Positions 18,300 to 26,891 of a DNA stretch of 64,000 nt are shown here, one piece after another. How positions within the stretch are numbered: position 1 is the first letter of the stretch; every line of letters begins with the position of its first letter. A program made the position numbers and the translations under genes. Below the pieces are notes generated by a model. The model was given only the letters and a program-made list of their open reading frames with translations. It was not told where the DNA came from and made no database searches. Source of the DNA: Candidatus Bathyarchaeia archaeon (GTDB lineage: Archaea; Thermoproteota; Bathyarchaeia; 40CM-2-53-6; DTGE01); NCBI GenBank assembly GCA_038852285.1, contig JAWCKG010000006.1, forward strand, positions 14,955 through 78,954, given 5' to 3'.

Positions 18300-20993
18300 T
18301 TAATAGGAAAGGTTACTGGGGTCTCTTAATGGGTGAAGGTTAAATCGGCGTAAAGCCCAATATTGCCCCGTTGAGGTATGGAGGTGCGCATCAATACCGT
18401 TCATTTCATTTATTAAACGTCTTTTCTCCGCTTTTTTAATGATCAATATGGCGATGATCCCCATCACCGACCCGCATGCCAACTCCTTCAACTCTATCCA
18501 TGGGATAATCCATCTTTGAAGGGCGGCTTGGACGAGGTGCTCTCTACCTCCCCCAGAAGCCTTTACGGTTATTGTGACCATTTGCGGGGGGGACTTCTCG
18601 TCGGTGAATATGGTTAGAACCGATTTCTGCCCTGGCATAAGGGTGGAGGGTTGGAGGAGGGCTTCAAACCCTGGGATGGGTTCGAGAGTTAGGGTTATGG
18701 TGTCGTTGAAGTTGTTAATGGGGTTCGTAGAGATGGTGTAGTTGACGGGTTGTCCGGGGATGTAAACCTGGACTTGGGGTGTTACGGTGATGGTGAAGTC
18801 CCCTTGCGAGGGTTTAACCTCCTCGAAATACGCGATTACTGTCTGGTTGGTGTTCGCTGATATGGTTAGGGTCTGGGAGCTGCTTTCACCGTCGCCGTGT
18901 ATTTTCCATCGGAGCCACTTGTAGCCTCTTGGGGGATGTGAGATCGTTAAGTTGAGGCTGGAGTCCGCGTCCACTTGCATTTGCGCTGGCCTAGGTCCAA
19001 CCGTGAACTCCGCGCTTCGACTAGTTTCGTTCAACGTGTAAAACGCATGGACGGTGATGTTTAGCTCCTCTGACGGCTCCTCTGGGTATTGGACCGTGAT
19101 GGGATGGGCGTGGATGGTGATCACTCGATGGGCCTTTGCCGCTAATGGCTCAAGGTAGGCGATGAGAACTCTGTCTCCATCCATCTTCAACGACAAGTTC
19201 GTCGAGGAGTTTAACCAGTAACCGTAGTTCTCCCATTCGACCCATCGATACTCCGCGGGAGGGGCCCTCACGGTTATGTTCACTGTTGAGCCTTGATCCA
19301 CGGAGATTTGGAAGGGCGTGGAGCGTTCTTCTGAGAGGATTTCGCCATTTTGAACATAGGAGACGTTTACGGTGATGGTTAAATCGCTGGACGGCTCGGT
19401 CGGATAACGGATCTGGGCTGGGTGGGCGTGAACCGTCAATTTGGCCTTTCCGTAAAAGCCTTTCAGAAGACTGTACGCCGCGTAAACATCCAGCCTTCCA
19501 GCGCCATACTCGTTGTCTTTCCCGCTCGCTCCCTGGTCAACTGCGGTTTCCTCCATTATCCGCTTAAGGTCCTGTGGAGTTAGGTTTGGCTCAGCCTCCA
19601 GCAACAGGGCCGCCGCGCCCGCCACATGGGGGGCGGAGGCCGACGTTCCATAGAATCGTTCTCCTCCATAGATCCAGGTGACCACTCCGTCAGGCGCGGT
19701 GATGTCAGGTTTTACCCGGCCGTCAACGGTTGGACCCCTGGAGCTGTAGGGCTCTACTTCACCGTCTAGGTTAACGGCTCCTACGGTGAAGGCGCCTGAT
19801 GAGTCCCCTGGGGGGACTATGCTGCCCTCCTGGACGTAGTGCTCCAGCTCGAGGTTTAACGAGAACAGGTGCATTTTCATCGGGGCCGCGGAACCAGTCT
19901 TCCGGATGACTATTCGATACGTTCCAGGCCAAACAGCATGGTAGGTTATGGATTCGATGGGGGGTTGTGAGCCGTTTTGGTCTTCATCGGAAGCTGCTAG
20001 AATCGTGTTGAACGGTCCGCCGTATAGGTATAGGTCGTAGTCGTTCCCCGTGGAGGGCCAGTCCTCCCAGCTGAGGAAAACCGTTAACAAGGATCCTCTT
20101 TCCACGCTGATGTCGTTGTCTTCATCGTCGGGCGTGAAGTTGTGGAGGCCGTCGTTGTCGTTGTCCGTGAATACTCCACTCCAATGGCTCCGGGCCTCAT
20201 TGCCGGCGGCTGAAACGAAGAATATTCCATGAGCCTGAGCCTCGTCAGCCGCTTGGGCGACGTGGTTGGAGCCGTCGTATGGACCTACGTTCAGAAACCC
20301 AACGGACACGGATATGATGTCGACGTTTCTTGAAACGGCGTGGTCGACAGCCATCAGGTATTCTACATCTGTTTCAAAGTTGTAGAGGTAAAGCTCGGAT
20401 TCAGGAGCCATGTCAACAACGATTTCAGCGCACGCTGTTCCATGGCTTACGTTCTCCTCCGATCCGCCTGTGATGTCACCGTCAAACCTGAAGGACCTGT
20501 ACTCCTGAATGTTCTCAGAAATCTCCGGGTCGTATATGTTGAATCCTAAGTCCAGCACCGCGACCTTAACGTTCCTCCCAAGTAATCCAAGGTTGTGGAG
20601 TAGGTTGGCTCCAACGGCTTGGACGCCTTCACTTTCAACTCTAAGAGGTATGGGTACGCTAGGCTTTCTAACGCGCTTGACGTTATCGAGGAGAGTTATC
20701 TGAGCGATGGCGTTGCTTGAAACCTTCAGTTGAACCAGCCTACCCCTCTGAGCCTCAACCACAACTCCAAGCGATGATAGGCGCTCAGGCCATTCGCCAC
20801 CTTCTTCGACAAGCTCGACGACCACTCTTTCTTCACAGCGGTTCGAGCCTTCCTTACCGTTGAATCCATTCCCGCCTGTGTAGGGCAAGTTTTCGAAGCA
20901 TTCCATGTTTTCTAAACATTTCGCCATTAACGCGGGTGAAATGGCGGTAATCGCGATAAACGTCAGGGTTAACATCACAGCTAGCTTCTTCAA
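18300..20993 (-). CDS. secreted, membrane-anchored subtilisin-like serine protease (S8)
   Basis: Signal peptide, catalytic triad contexts AVLDLG (Asp), SHGTACA (His) and GTSASAPHVAG (Ser). Two tandem copies of a roughly 100-aa domain, many NxS/T sequons, and a C-terminal TM helix GSVMGIIAILII followed by KKAEKRR. Confidence 0.85.
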   Translation of the reverse strand: MKKLAVMLTLTFIAITAISPALMAKCLENMECFENLPYTGGNGFNGKEGSNRCEERVVVELVEEGGEWPERLSSLGVVVEAQRGRLVQLKVSSNAIAQITLLDNVKRVRKPSVPIPLRVESEGVQAVGANLLHNLGLLGRNVKVAVLDLGFNIYDPEISENIQEYRSFRFDGDITGGSEENVSHGTACAEIVVDMAPESELYLYNFETDVEYLMAVDHAVSRNVDIISVSVGFLNVGPYDGSNHVAQAADEAQAHGIFFVSAAGNEARSHWSGVFTDNDNDGLHNFTPDDEDNDISVERGSLLTVFLSWEDWPSTGNDYDLYLYGGPFNTILAASDEDQNGSQPPIESITYHAVWPGTYRIVIRKTGSAAPMKMHLFSLNLELEHYVQEGSIVPPGDSSGAFTVGAVNLDGEVEPYSSRGPTVDGRVKPDITAPDGVVTWIYGGERFYGTSASAPHVAGAAALLLEAEPNLTPQDLKRIMEETAVDQGASGKDNEYGAGRLDVYAAYSLLKGFYGKAKLTVHAHPAQIRYPTEPSSDLTITVNVSYVQNGEILSEERSTPFQISVDQGSTVNITVRAPPAEYRWVEWENYGYWLNSSTNLSLKMDGDRVLIAYLEPLAAKAHRVITIHAHPITVQYPEEPSEELNITVHAFYTLNETSRSAEFTVGPRPAQMQVDADSSLNLTISHPPRGYKWLRWKIHGDGESSSQTLTISANTNQTVIAYFEEVKPSQGDFTITVTPQVQVYIPGQPVNYTISTNPINNFNDTITLTLEPIPGFEALLQPSTLMPGQKSVLTIFTDEKSPPQMVTITVKASGGGREHLVQAALQRWIIPWIELKELACGSVMGIIAILIIKKAEKRRLINEMNGIDAHLHTSTGQYWALRRFNLHPLRDPSNLSY
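18822..19448 (-). repeat. tandem duplication of a ~100-aa domain inside the S8 protease
   Basis: Residues 516-615 (KAKLTVHAHPAQIRYPTEPSSDLTITVN...VLIAYLEP) and 620-724 (KAHRVITIHAHPITVQYPEEPSEELNITVH...TVIAYFEE) align end to end. Confidence 0.7.
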
Positions 20994-21168
20994 CTAACTT
21001 CCACATCTCTTCTTATTTGACAGGGCTTTCATTACCACATAACCGTATTGCACACAAGCTTATAATTAATCTAGATGACCTAACCTTTACCTTGACCTCA
21101 AGCTTGTCAGATCAGTCTTCAAAATCCTTACAAGGTTGCGGGCCTCTAACCCGATATTATGTTCCCGG

Positions 21169-22293
21169 CTACATGCCCAGTAGCTGTATGTTTCCGACGT
21201 GAACGTTTTTGAGGTGTTTTTTAGCGGCTTTGAGGCACGCTTCTAGCTGTCGCTTCGAGGTGTAGGGCATGTCGCTCATATAGTAGTCTGGGTGGAAGAG
21301 TAGCAGTGAGTATGGTATGTTTGGGTTAAGATCTGAGATAAACCGGGCTATGCTTTCCACTTCAAGGGCGTCGACGTATCCTGGAACAAGAAGCGTTGTG
21401 GCTGTTAGGACCGGCGGCTTGGGTTTCTCCTCGTAGAATTCTCTCGCTATTATCTCGAAGTTTCGGTAGGCTGTGTTGTTTGGGACACCGCTGAGGGCTA
21501 CGCTTAGATTCGGGTTGAAGCATTTTAAGTCGAATTTTATGTTTCCACCGGTTTTAAATGAAAGCTCAGCCGCCTCTCGAACTAGCTTCTCGTTCCCACA
21601 GCCGTTCCATTCAAAGCACACTCTGAGAACCCTGTTAGGGGATTCCTCCAGGATTTTTTTTGACGCATTTACGGCGAATGGTAGCTGAGGCTCAGGCGAC
21701 CCCCCGAAAAAGCATATGCAGGTGCACAGTAGGTTGGCTTTTAACTCGGCTTTAAACTCCGCACCCGTGACGCGTTTCCCTTCATCGAGCTTTTTATGCG
21801 AAGGGTTTTGACAGAAAAGACAGTTGAAGTTGCATCCATAAAAGAAGACGGCGTAGTTGAAGTAACCTTTCTCGCAGCCGGGGAGGCGGGCGTATCGGGG
21901 ATATCCTAACCCTGTTCCACCGGGGCAAAACCAAGCGGCGCAGCAATTGGTGATATGGGGGTCAAGATATGCGTGTAGAAGACCACTATCCGCGCTGACA
22001 ACTGACTCCAGTTTTCCACCACGATTCTCCCTTAGCCCACAATACCCCTTCTCACCTAAACCCATGGCACATTCATTGGAGCATAAAGCGCAACGTATCC
22101 CACCCGAAGTCTTCGGCGGCTCAGGCGGCAAACCATACCCAGCCCTTACCGCTTTATGGGCTTTCCTCGCCTGACTTAACGCTTCGTCAGGATTCTCCCT
22201 AACACATTTCAAGCATACTTGAAGGGTTTCAGATATCTCCACGCCCAACGCGCCGCAAAGCTTACACCTCTTCGATACGGTCCACCAGCCCAT
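21169..22293 (-). CDS. amrS: AmmeMemoRadiSam-system radical SAM enzyme
   Basis: N-terminal Cys knuckle CKLCG...CLKC, radical SAM CNFNCLFCQN, and a size and layout typical of the PflA-like amrS family. Confidence 0.7.
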   Translation of the reverse strand: MGWWTVSKRCKLCGALGVEISETLQVCLKCVRENPDEALSQARKAHKAVRAGYGLPPEPPKTSGGIRCALCSNECAMGLGEKGYCGLRENRGGKLESVVSADSGLLHAYLDPHITNCCAAWFCPGGTGLGYPRYARLPGCEKGYFNYAVFFYGCNFNCLFCQNPSHKKLDEGKRVTGAEFKAELKANLLCTCICFFGGSPEPQLPFAVNASKKILEESPNRVLRVCFEWNGCGNEKLVREAAELSFKTGGNIKFDLKCFNPNLSVALSGVPNNTAYRNFEIIAREFYEEKPKPPVLTATTLLVPGYVDALEVESIARFISDLNPNIPYSLLLFHPDYYMSDMPYTSKRQLEACLKAAKKHLKNVHVGNIQLLGM

Positions 22294-22585
22294 TCAAAAA
22301 TAAAGTTCCCCTTAGTCGGAGATAAACGTTGTCACGGAGCCGTTAACCGACAAGATACGGGTTCGAAGTTTAGCCTTAAACGCCTGATGCACATGCGCCA
22401 CTGTTTCAAACCGGCTTTCACATTAGCCCCGGAGGGCTTACACGGCTGATTCCCGCGCTCAGCCCACGAAGCCGTTGAAAAGGGTGAATGAAATAAAAAT
22501 AAAAATTAAAATATGCCCCCGTCTTCTAATGTTTCCGGTGCCCTGGAAGGGTTCACCGGACCGGTTTAGCCCTGACCCCTATGGG

Positions 22586-22712
22586 GGGTTGGTAGTATAG
22601 AGACGGTTCGCCGTCGTGTAATCCGGTCTAGTATGCGCGGCTGTCGCCCGCACGACCCGGGTTCAAATCCCGGCCAAGGGGGTTATCCTCCGCCGAGGGG
22701 CGCCACAACCCG
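22586..22712 (+). tRNA. tRNA-Asp (GUC) with a 21-nt D-loop intron (22601-22621) and a putative 31-nt intron in the 3' acceptor strand (about 22678-22708)
   Basis: Exons give GGGTTGG-TA-GTAT-AGTCCGGTCTA-GTAT-G-CGCGG-CTGTCGC-CCGCA-CGAC-CCGGG-TTCAAAT-CCCGG-CCAA/CCC-G. The D-loop intron has 3-4-3 bulge-helix-bulge geometry around the hairpin GACGG-TTCG-CCGTC. The acceptor-stem intron is inferred only from the need to complete a 7-bp stem. Confidence 0.65.
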
Positions 22713-22740
22713 GGGTTGCTGTGGGCTTGGGAACGCTAAA

Positions 22741-22768
22741 CTTTTATCTTGATTTTTAACCTTAATAT
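22741..22768 (+). promoter_or_regulatory. AT-rich TATA-like region upstream of tRNA-Tyr
   Basis: CTTTTATCTTGATTTTTAACCTTAATAT ends 9 nt before the tRNA 5' end. Confidence 0.3.
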
Positions 22769-22776
22769 CGGTGGGC

Positions 22777-22924
22777 CCCGCGGTAGCTCAGCCTGGTAGA
22801 GCTTCCGAGCCGCGTTGGCGGCGGAGATGCTGTAGATGCGTGCCATGTGGGACGCGTCGTCCAGCCTATCAGGCGTACATTGGAAACCGGAGTGTCGCCT
22901 GTTCAAATCAGGCCCGCGGGACCA
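22777..22924 (+). tRNA. tRNA-Tyr (GUA), CCA encoded, two introns: 22808-22828 (position 30/31) and 22836-22885 (canonical 37/38)
   Basis: C1:G72 pair plus A73, the archaeal Tyr identity set. The exons assemble to CCCGCGG-TA-GCTC-AGCCTGGTA-GAGC-T-TCCGG-CTGTAGA-CCGGA-GTGTC-GCCTG-TTCAAAT-CAGGC-CCGCGGG-A-CCA (77 nt). Intron 1 forms a canonical 3-4-3 bulge-helix-bulge whose cleavage sites give exactly this junction. Confidence 0.85.
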
Positions 22925-22997
22925 TCCTCTAAAACTGCTTTGGGGACGCGTCAGCTTTTTATCATGTTTCGACGCTACTTCATGAGGGGTTGTTGAG

Positions 22998-24224
22998 TTG
23001 AATAAGGGTGAGATTGAGTATAGGATTGGGGAGTTAACCCACCTGCTCTCAGCGGTGAAAACTTACATGCGTAAAGGTGGAAGCTTCCTGTTGAACAGGA
23101 TCGCTCCCAACGGGCCGATCATGCGTGAGAGGAACCTGGACTACGTGCATAAAGCCAGCTGGGGGCTGTACGCTTCAGGCGCGGATCGAGCGGTTCTTTC
23201 AAGGATAATGGATTGGGTTGAGGATAAGGCTCTTCAGCCAAGCGGGGACCTATACTTCCCGGAGGAGCCTCCTGAGTATAGGGTGATGCAAAGGGCCTAC
23301 CGTCCCCTCAACATTCTAAAGGTGGCCGCGTGGATAAAACATGGAATCGCTGAAAATAAGCTTGTCATAGATAGAATTCTACAGTATCAACACGCCTCCG
23401 GAGGCGTTTTCAACTACATTGGAGACGACCCCGACAGGGTTGAGGAGCAGGAGTGGATTGGGCCTCTGGACACCAGCTTCTTCGGCCACTTGATGATCGC
23501 TTTAGACAGAAGAAAGGAGGCGGTCAAAGCGGGTGAGTGGATTATACGATTTGTACGGGAGAACGAAAAACACATGAAGAAAGGTTTAATGTACACTCAG
23601 ATGAAGCCTAAAGGCGGCTTGATAACTAATGTGAAGCCCGGTGAAAAAGCCTCTAAAACGCTGAACAATAGGGATCCGAAGCAGTATTTTTGGCAGGTGG
23701 GAACGTGCATGGCGTATCTGTGCGCGCTCTACGACGCCATGAGGGGGAGTTGGGGGTACAGCGAAGCCGATTGTAAACGTTTCTTAGACGCCTCGTTAAC
23801 CCTACTCAGGTTTGAGGAAACCATGCCTATATACACGTATTTTTGGCCCTCGAAGTGCAAGGTTGGATGGGGAGCGGGGGAGCTGGTGAAGGTTCTGGTG
23901 AAGTATGGGGGCTCCCTCGACCTGATCGAACGGGCGAGCCGGGTAGCTGAGAAGGTGGCTGTCCACACGTTCATCGAAAACCAGCTCCCTAGCGGTGGTC
24001 ATCCATGTCTGCATTACCCGTTGACCGAGGACGCGGCTGAGTTAAGGTTCGATTACAGGCCCCTGTACGGTTTGGTCAACGTGCCCGACGCGCCCATACC
24101 TGGGTCCAAGACGATTTGGCTCCCAGCCGAGGAGATTACAGGGGAATTCCTCGGGGAGATGGGTAGCATCGAAACTGGGCTGAGCCTACAACTCGAACAT
24201 TACAGGCGGATGATAAAACCCTAA
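22998..24224 (+). CDS. hypothetical protein, possible alpha/alpha-toroid fold
   Basis: Repeated helical-hairpin-like motifs with QYQHASGGVF and ENQLPSGGHP, reminiscent of prenyltransferase or terpene-cyclase repeats. No catalytic motif recognised. Confidence 0.3.
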   Translation: MNKGEIEYRIGELTHLLSAVKTYMRKGGSFLLNRIAPNGPIMRERNLDYVHKASWGLYASGADRAVLSRIMDWVEDKALQPSGDLYFPEEPPEYRVMQRAYRPLNILKVAAWIKHGIAENKLVIDRILQYQHASGGVFNYIGDDPDRVEEQEWIGPLDTSFFGHLMIALDRRKEAVKAGEWIIRFVRENEKHMKKGLMYTQMKPKGGLITNVKPGEKASKTLNNRDPKQYFWQVGTCMAYLCALYDAMRGSWGYSEADCKRFLDASLTLLRFEETMPIYTYFWPSKCKVGWGAGELVKVLVKYGGSLDLIERASRVAEKVAVHTFIENQLPSGGHPCLHYPLTEDAAELRFDYRPLYGLVNVPDAPIPGSKTIWLPAEEITGEFLGEMGSIETGLSLQLEHYRRMIKP

Positions 24225-24366
24225 ACCTAACCCCCCTTTCTTGAAGCCCCAAGCAGGCTAGGCCTTAAGCCCCGTCTGTTTTAATCGCGTAGGGCGATTA
24301 CCGGATCGGGAGCGAATACATGGTGAATTGGGGGATCGTTTAAAAGTCTGGAATCGGTTGAATTAG

Positions 24367-25968
24367 TTGGCCTTGATCAAACAGACAACGCTCATCGCCG
24401 CGCTCATGGTTTTTCTAGGATGCGCTATACCCATCCATGGAATGCAGCTGACTCCACCCGATCCTTCATCGAGCATTCATGGCGAACGCGTTTACAGCTA
24501 CGCCCAAGAGTTAGAGGCCTTAACCTTGAATCATCAAGTTTCCCTATACTCCTATCGTTCAGCTGGATCAGCTGGGGCTCAAGCCGCCGCCATGTGGATA
24601 GCTGGCACCCTTAGAGAGCTTGGCATGAGGGTTGAGGTGGAGGAATTCCACTTTTTAACCTGGGAGCTGGTTGACCAGCCGTCGCTTACGTTGCACGGGG
24701 GTTCTCAAACCCTTCAACTGGAGAGCTTCACGCCGTTCCACTTAAGCTGGCCAACGACGAACGAGGGGTTAAGGCGTGAAATCGCGGTTTACGGGGAAGG
24801 TGACCGTGGTCAAGTAGAAGGACGCGTATTGATCGTCGGCGTCGATGAGCTGATCCTTAAAGGCGAGCTGGGAGTCATGTTGGATCACGTTAGAGAGTGG
24901 AAGCCAGCCGCCGTGATCTACACCAGCCTCTACCCTTTCAGCTGGGAATGTCCTTATGTTTCGTATTCATGTGATGGGAAGTTGTTTTGGCCCATCAAGG
25001 CGCCTTCAGGCTGGATATCTCGTCAAGACTGGGTGAAGATAATGGAGTTGCTGAAGGCTGAGGGAGAGGTTGAAGCAGAGGTTAGGATCCCGGCTAGAAT
25101 CGGCTACGGGGCCCACTACAACGTGTTAGGCGACGTGGATGGGGTAGACGTAGATCGAACCTTCATCGTCAGCGCCCACTATGATACAGTGATGACGCCG
25201 GGTTTCATAGACAACGCAGCCGGCGTAGCTGGGGTGTTGGCTATGGCTGAAGCCTTCAACCAGGCTCGTGAACGAGGGTTCAAACCTCCCTTCAACATCC
25301 GGTTCGCCTTTTTCACAGCTGAGGAGCTGGGGCTTTTAGGGTCCCTAAACTACGCTTCAAAGCATAAAGGGGATCTGAGCAAGGTTGTAGGCGTCGTGAA
25401 CTTAGACTCCATCGGAAGCTTAAGGCTGATGGTGGTGAAGTCACCCTCGATCTTAGACGAGTTGGCTGAAGAAGCGGCGACGAAGTTGAAGACGCCGCTT
25501 ACAGGAGGATGCCGAATGTTCAGCTATAAGTCGTCTAGCTTTCAAGCCCATCAAACCGGCGCGGACCACCTGTCCTTTCAGGAGCCTGAAGCCGCGCTTC
25601 AACTGGCTAAAACCCAGTGGCCCGGGATCCAGCTCCCAATCGACACAAGGCTTGAGGTTCCCGCCATCACCATTTCTTCAAGGCCCTTGTTCGCCTCTTA
25701 CATCAGAACAGGAGAGGAGCCGGGTTGGATCCACACGTCTTACGATAACTCAACCACTCCCGGATGGGTGGACGTGAAAAGGCTGGAGCAGCACGTAAAG
25801 GTTTCAACGCTGACCGTTGTTAAGGCCATGTCGACAGCCATCACCTGTGGAGCGTTAAACCCAGCCCAGCAGTCGCGTCCAAACCCCGCGTCTAACCAGG
25901 TTGGCCAAGTGTTCTTCTCGGTCGAAGCTGAGAGGACATGGCTCCATTGGGCTCCAGGAGACGTTTAA
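24367..25968 (+). CDS. M28-family Zn aminopeptidase, secreted or membrane anchored
   Basis: N-terminal hydrophobic segment. Metal-ligand contexts SAHYDTV, IDNAAGVAGVL, FFTAEELGLLGS and VNLDSIG. Confidence 0.75.
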   Translation: MALIKQTTLIAALMVFLGCAIPIHGMQLTPPDPSSSIHGERVYSYAQELEALTLNHQVSLYSYRSAGSAGAQAAAMWIAGTLRELGMRVEVEEFHFLTWELVDQPSLTLHGGSQTLQLESFTPFHLSWPTTNEGLRREIAVYGEGDRGQVEGRVLIVGVDELILKGELGVMLDHVREWKPAAVIYTSLYPFSWECPYVSYSCDGKLFWPIKAPSGWISRQDWVKIMELLKAEGEVEAEVRIPARIGYGAHYNVLGDVDGVDVDRTFIVSAHYDTVMTPGFIDNAAGVAGVLAMAEAFNQARERGFKPPFNIRFAFFTAEELGLLGSLNYASKHKGDLSKVVGVVNLDSIGSLRLMVVKSPSILDELAEEAATKLKTPLTGGCRMFSYKSSSFQAHQTGADHLSFQEPEAALQLAKTQWPGIQLPIDTRLEVPAITISSRPLFASYIRTGEEPGWIHTSYDNSTTPGWVDVKRLEQHVKVSTLTVVKAMSTAITCGALNPAQQSRPNPASNQVGQVFFSVEAERTWLHWAPGDV

Positions 25969-26891
25969 GCGTTAGGCGGCTCAATACGCGTGCGTTATCC
26001 TCCCTGAGAAGGGAGGTCGATAGAGTCAGGTTGGATCGGCGACACGGAGCCAGAGAGCTGACGCGCATGGCTCTGCAAGCCTTGACACGTATGTTGAATC
26101 GATTTGAATCCTGGGATGAGTGGGAGCTAGCTGGTTTTTTATCAGAGGCCGTTAAGGCCTTGGGGGAGGCGAGGCCCAGCATGGCTTCGATATCGAACAG
26201 CCTCTACGCCGTGGTTTTCCGGGCTTTGAACGCGAAGGACCGTGGGTTGAGAGAATCAGTCGCCTACGAGGTAAATGCGCAGCTTCGGTTGTTGGATGAG
26301 TCGGTGAAAGCTGTCGCCTCAAACGTCGCGAACCTCGTAACAGACGGAAACACGGTGGTAACCTGTAGTTACAGCTCTACGGTGCTTGCATCCCTGATCG
26401 AGGCCAGTAGGCTGGGCAGGCGTTTTAGGGTATTGGCCTTGCATTCGCCTTCCCTCGACGGCTCCATCGATTATGGTGAGGTGACGCGGGAAAGGCTTCT
26501 CTCAGAGCGCGTTGAAACCAGGGTTGTCAATGAAGCTGAGGTTGAGAAGCGGATGGGGGAAGTGGTTTTGGCCGTCGTGGGAGCGGACTCCATTCTTCCA
26601 GATGGATCCGCTTTGAACGGAACGCCATCGTTGACCCTGGCGAAGTGGGCGGAAGCCCATGAAGCGCCGTTTCACGTTGCCTGCGAAACTTGGAAGATTA
26701 ATCCTCTCCCGTTGATGGGTTTCAAGCAAACCGTGGAGCCTGGCATGGACATGGTTTCAGCGAAGCTCATAACAAGCATAGTTACGGAGCGTGGGGAAAT
26801 CGCTCCTTCAAAGATTCGAGAACATGCCATTGAGTATTTAAGTCGTCTTAAGTATGTTTGGAGCGTTTTGAGGTTTGAGGACCCTGTTTAA
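25938..26891 (+). CDS. eIF-2B alpha/beta/delta-like family protein (sugar-phosphate isomerase-like)
   Basis: HGARELT N-terminal motif, TCSYSSTVL, and VVGADSILPDGSALNGTPSLTLAKWAEAHEAPFHV, which is typical of the IF-2B family. Confidence 0.7.
   Translation: MAPLGSRRRLSVRRLNTRALSSLRREVDRVRLDRRHGARELTRMALQALTRMLNRFESWDEWELAGFLSEAVKALGEARPSMASISNSLYAVVFRALNAKDRGLRESVAYEVNAQLRLLDESVKAVASNVANLVTDGNTVVTCSYSSTVLASLIEASRLGRRFRVLALHSPSLDGSIDYGEVTRERLLSERVETRVVNEAEVEKRMGEVVLAVVGADSILPDGSALNGTPSLTLAKWAEAHEAPFHVACETWKINPLPLMGFKQTVEPGMDMVSAKLITSIVTERGEIAPSKIREHAIEYLSRLKYVWSVLRFEDPV

Noticed and set aside
22577-22592. An alternative model for the tRNA-Asp acceptor stem: 5' strand CCC/TTGG with a 9-nt insertion (TATGGGGGG), pairing with the contiguous CCAAGGG.
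   Set aside because: Nine nucleotides is too short to form any splicing motif. It would also give an Asp tRNA starting with C1. I kept the downstream 31-nt intron model, flagged as provisional.
22777-22924. Reading the second tRNA as tRNA-Ser(GGA) with a single large intron, because the 7 nt before CCGGA read TTGGAAA.
   Set aside because: There is no long variable arm, and that reading needs an A31-C39 mismatch. C1:G72 plus A73 point to Tyr. The two-intron solution gives a perfect TCCGG/CCGGA stem around CTGTAGA and is supported by a canonical BHB.
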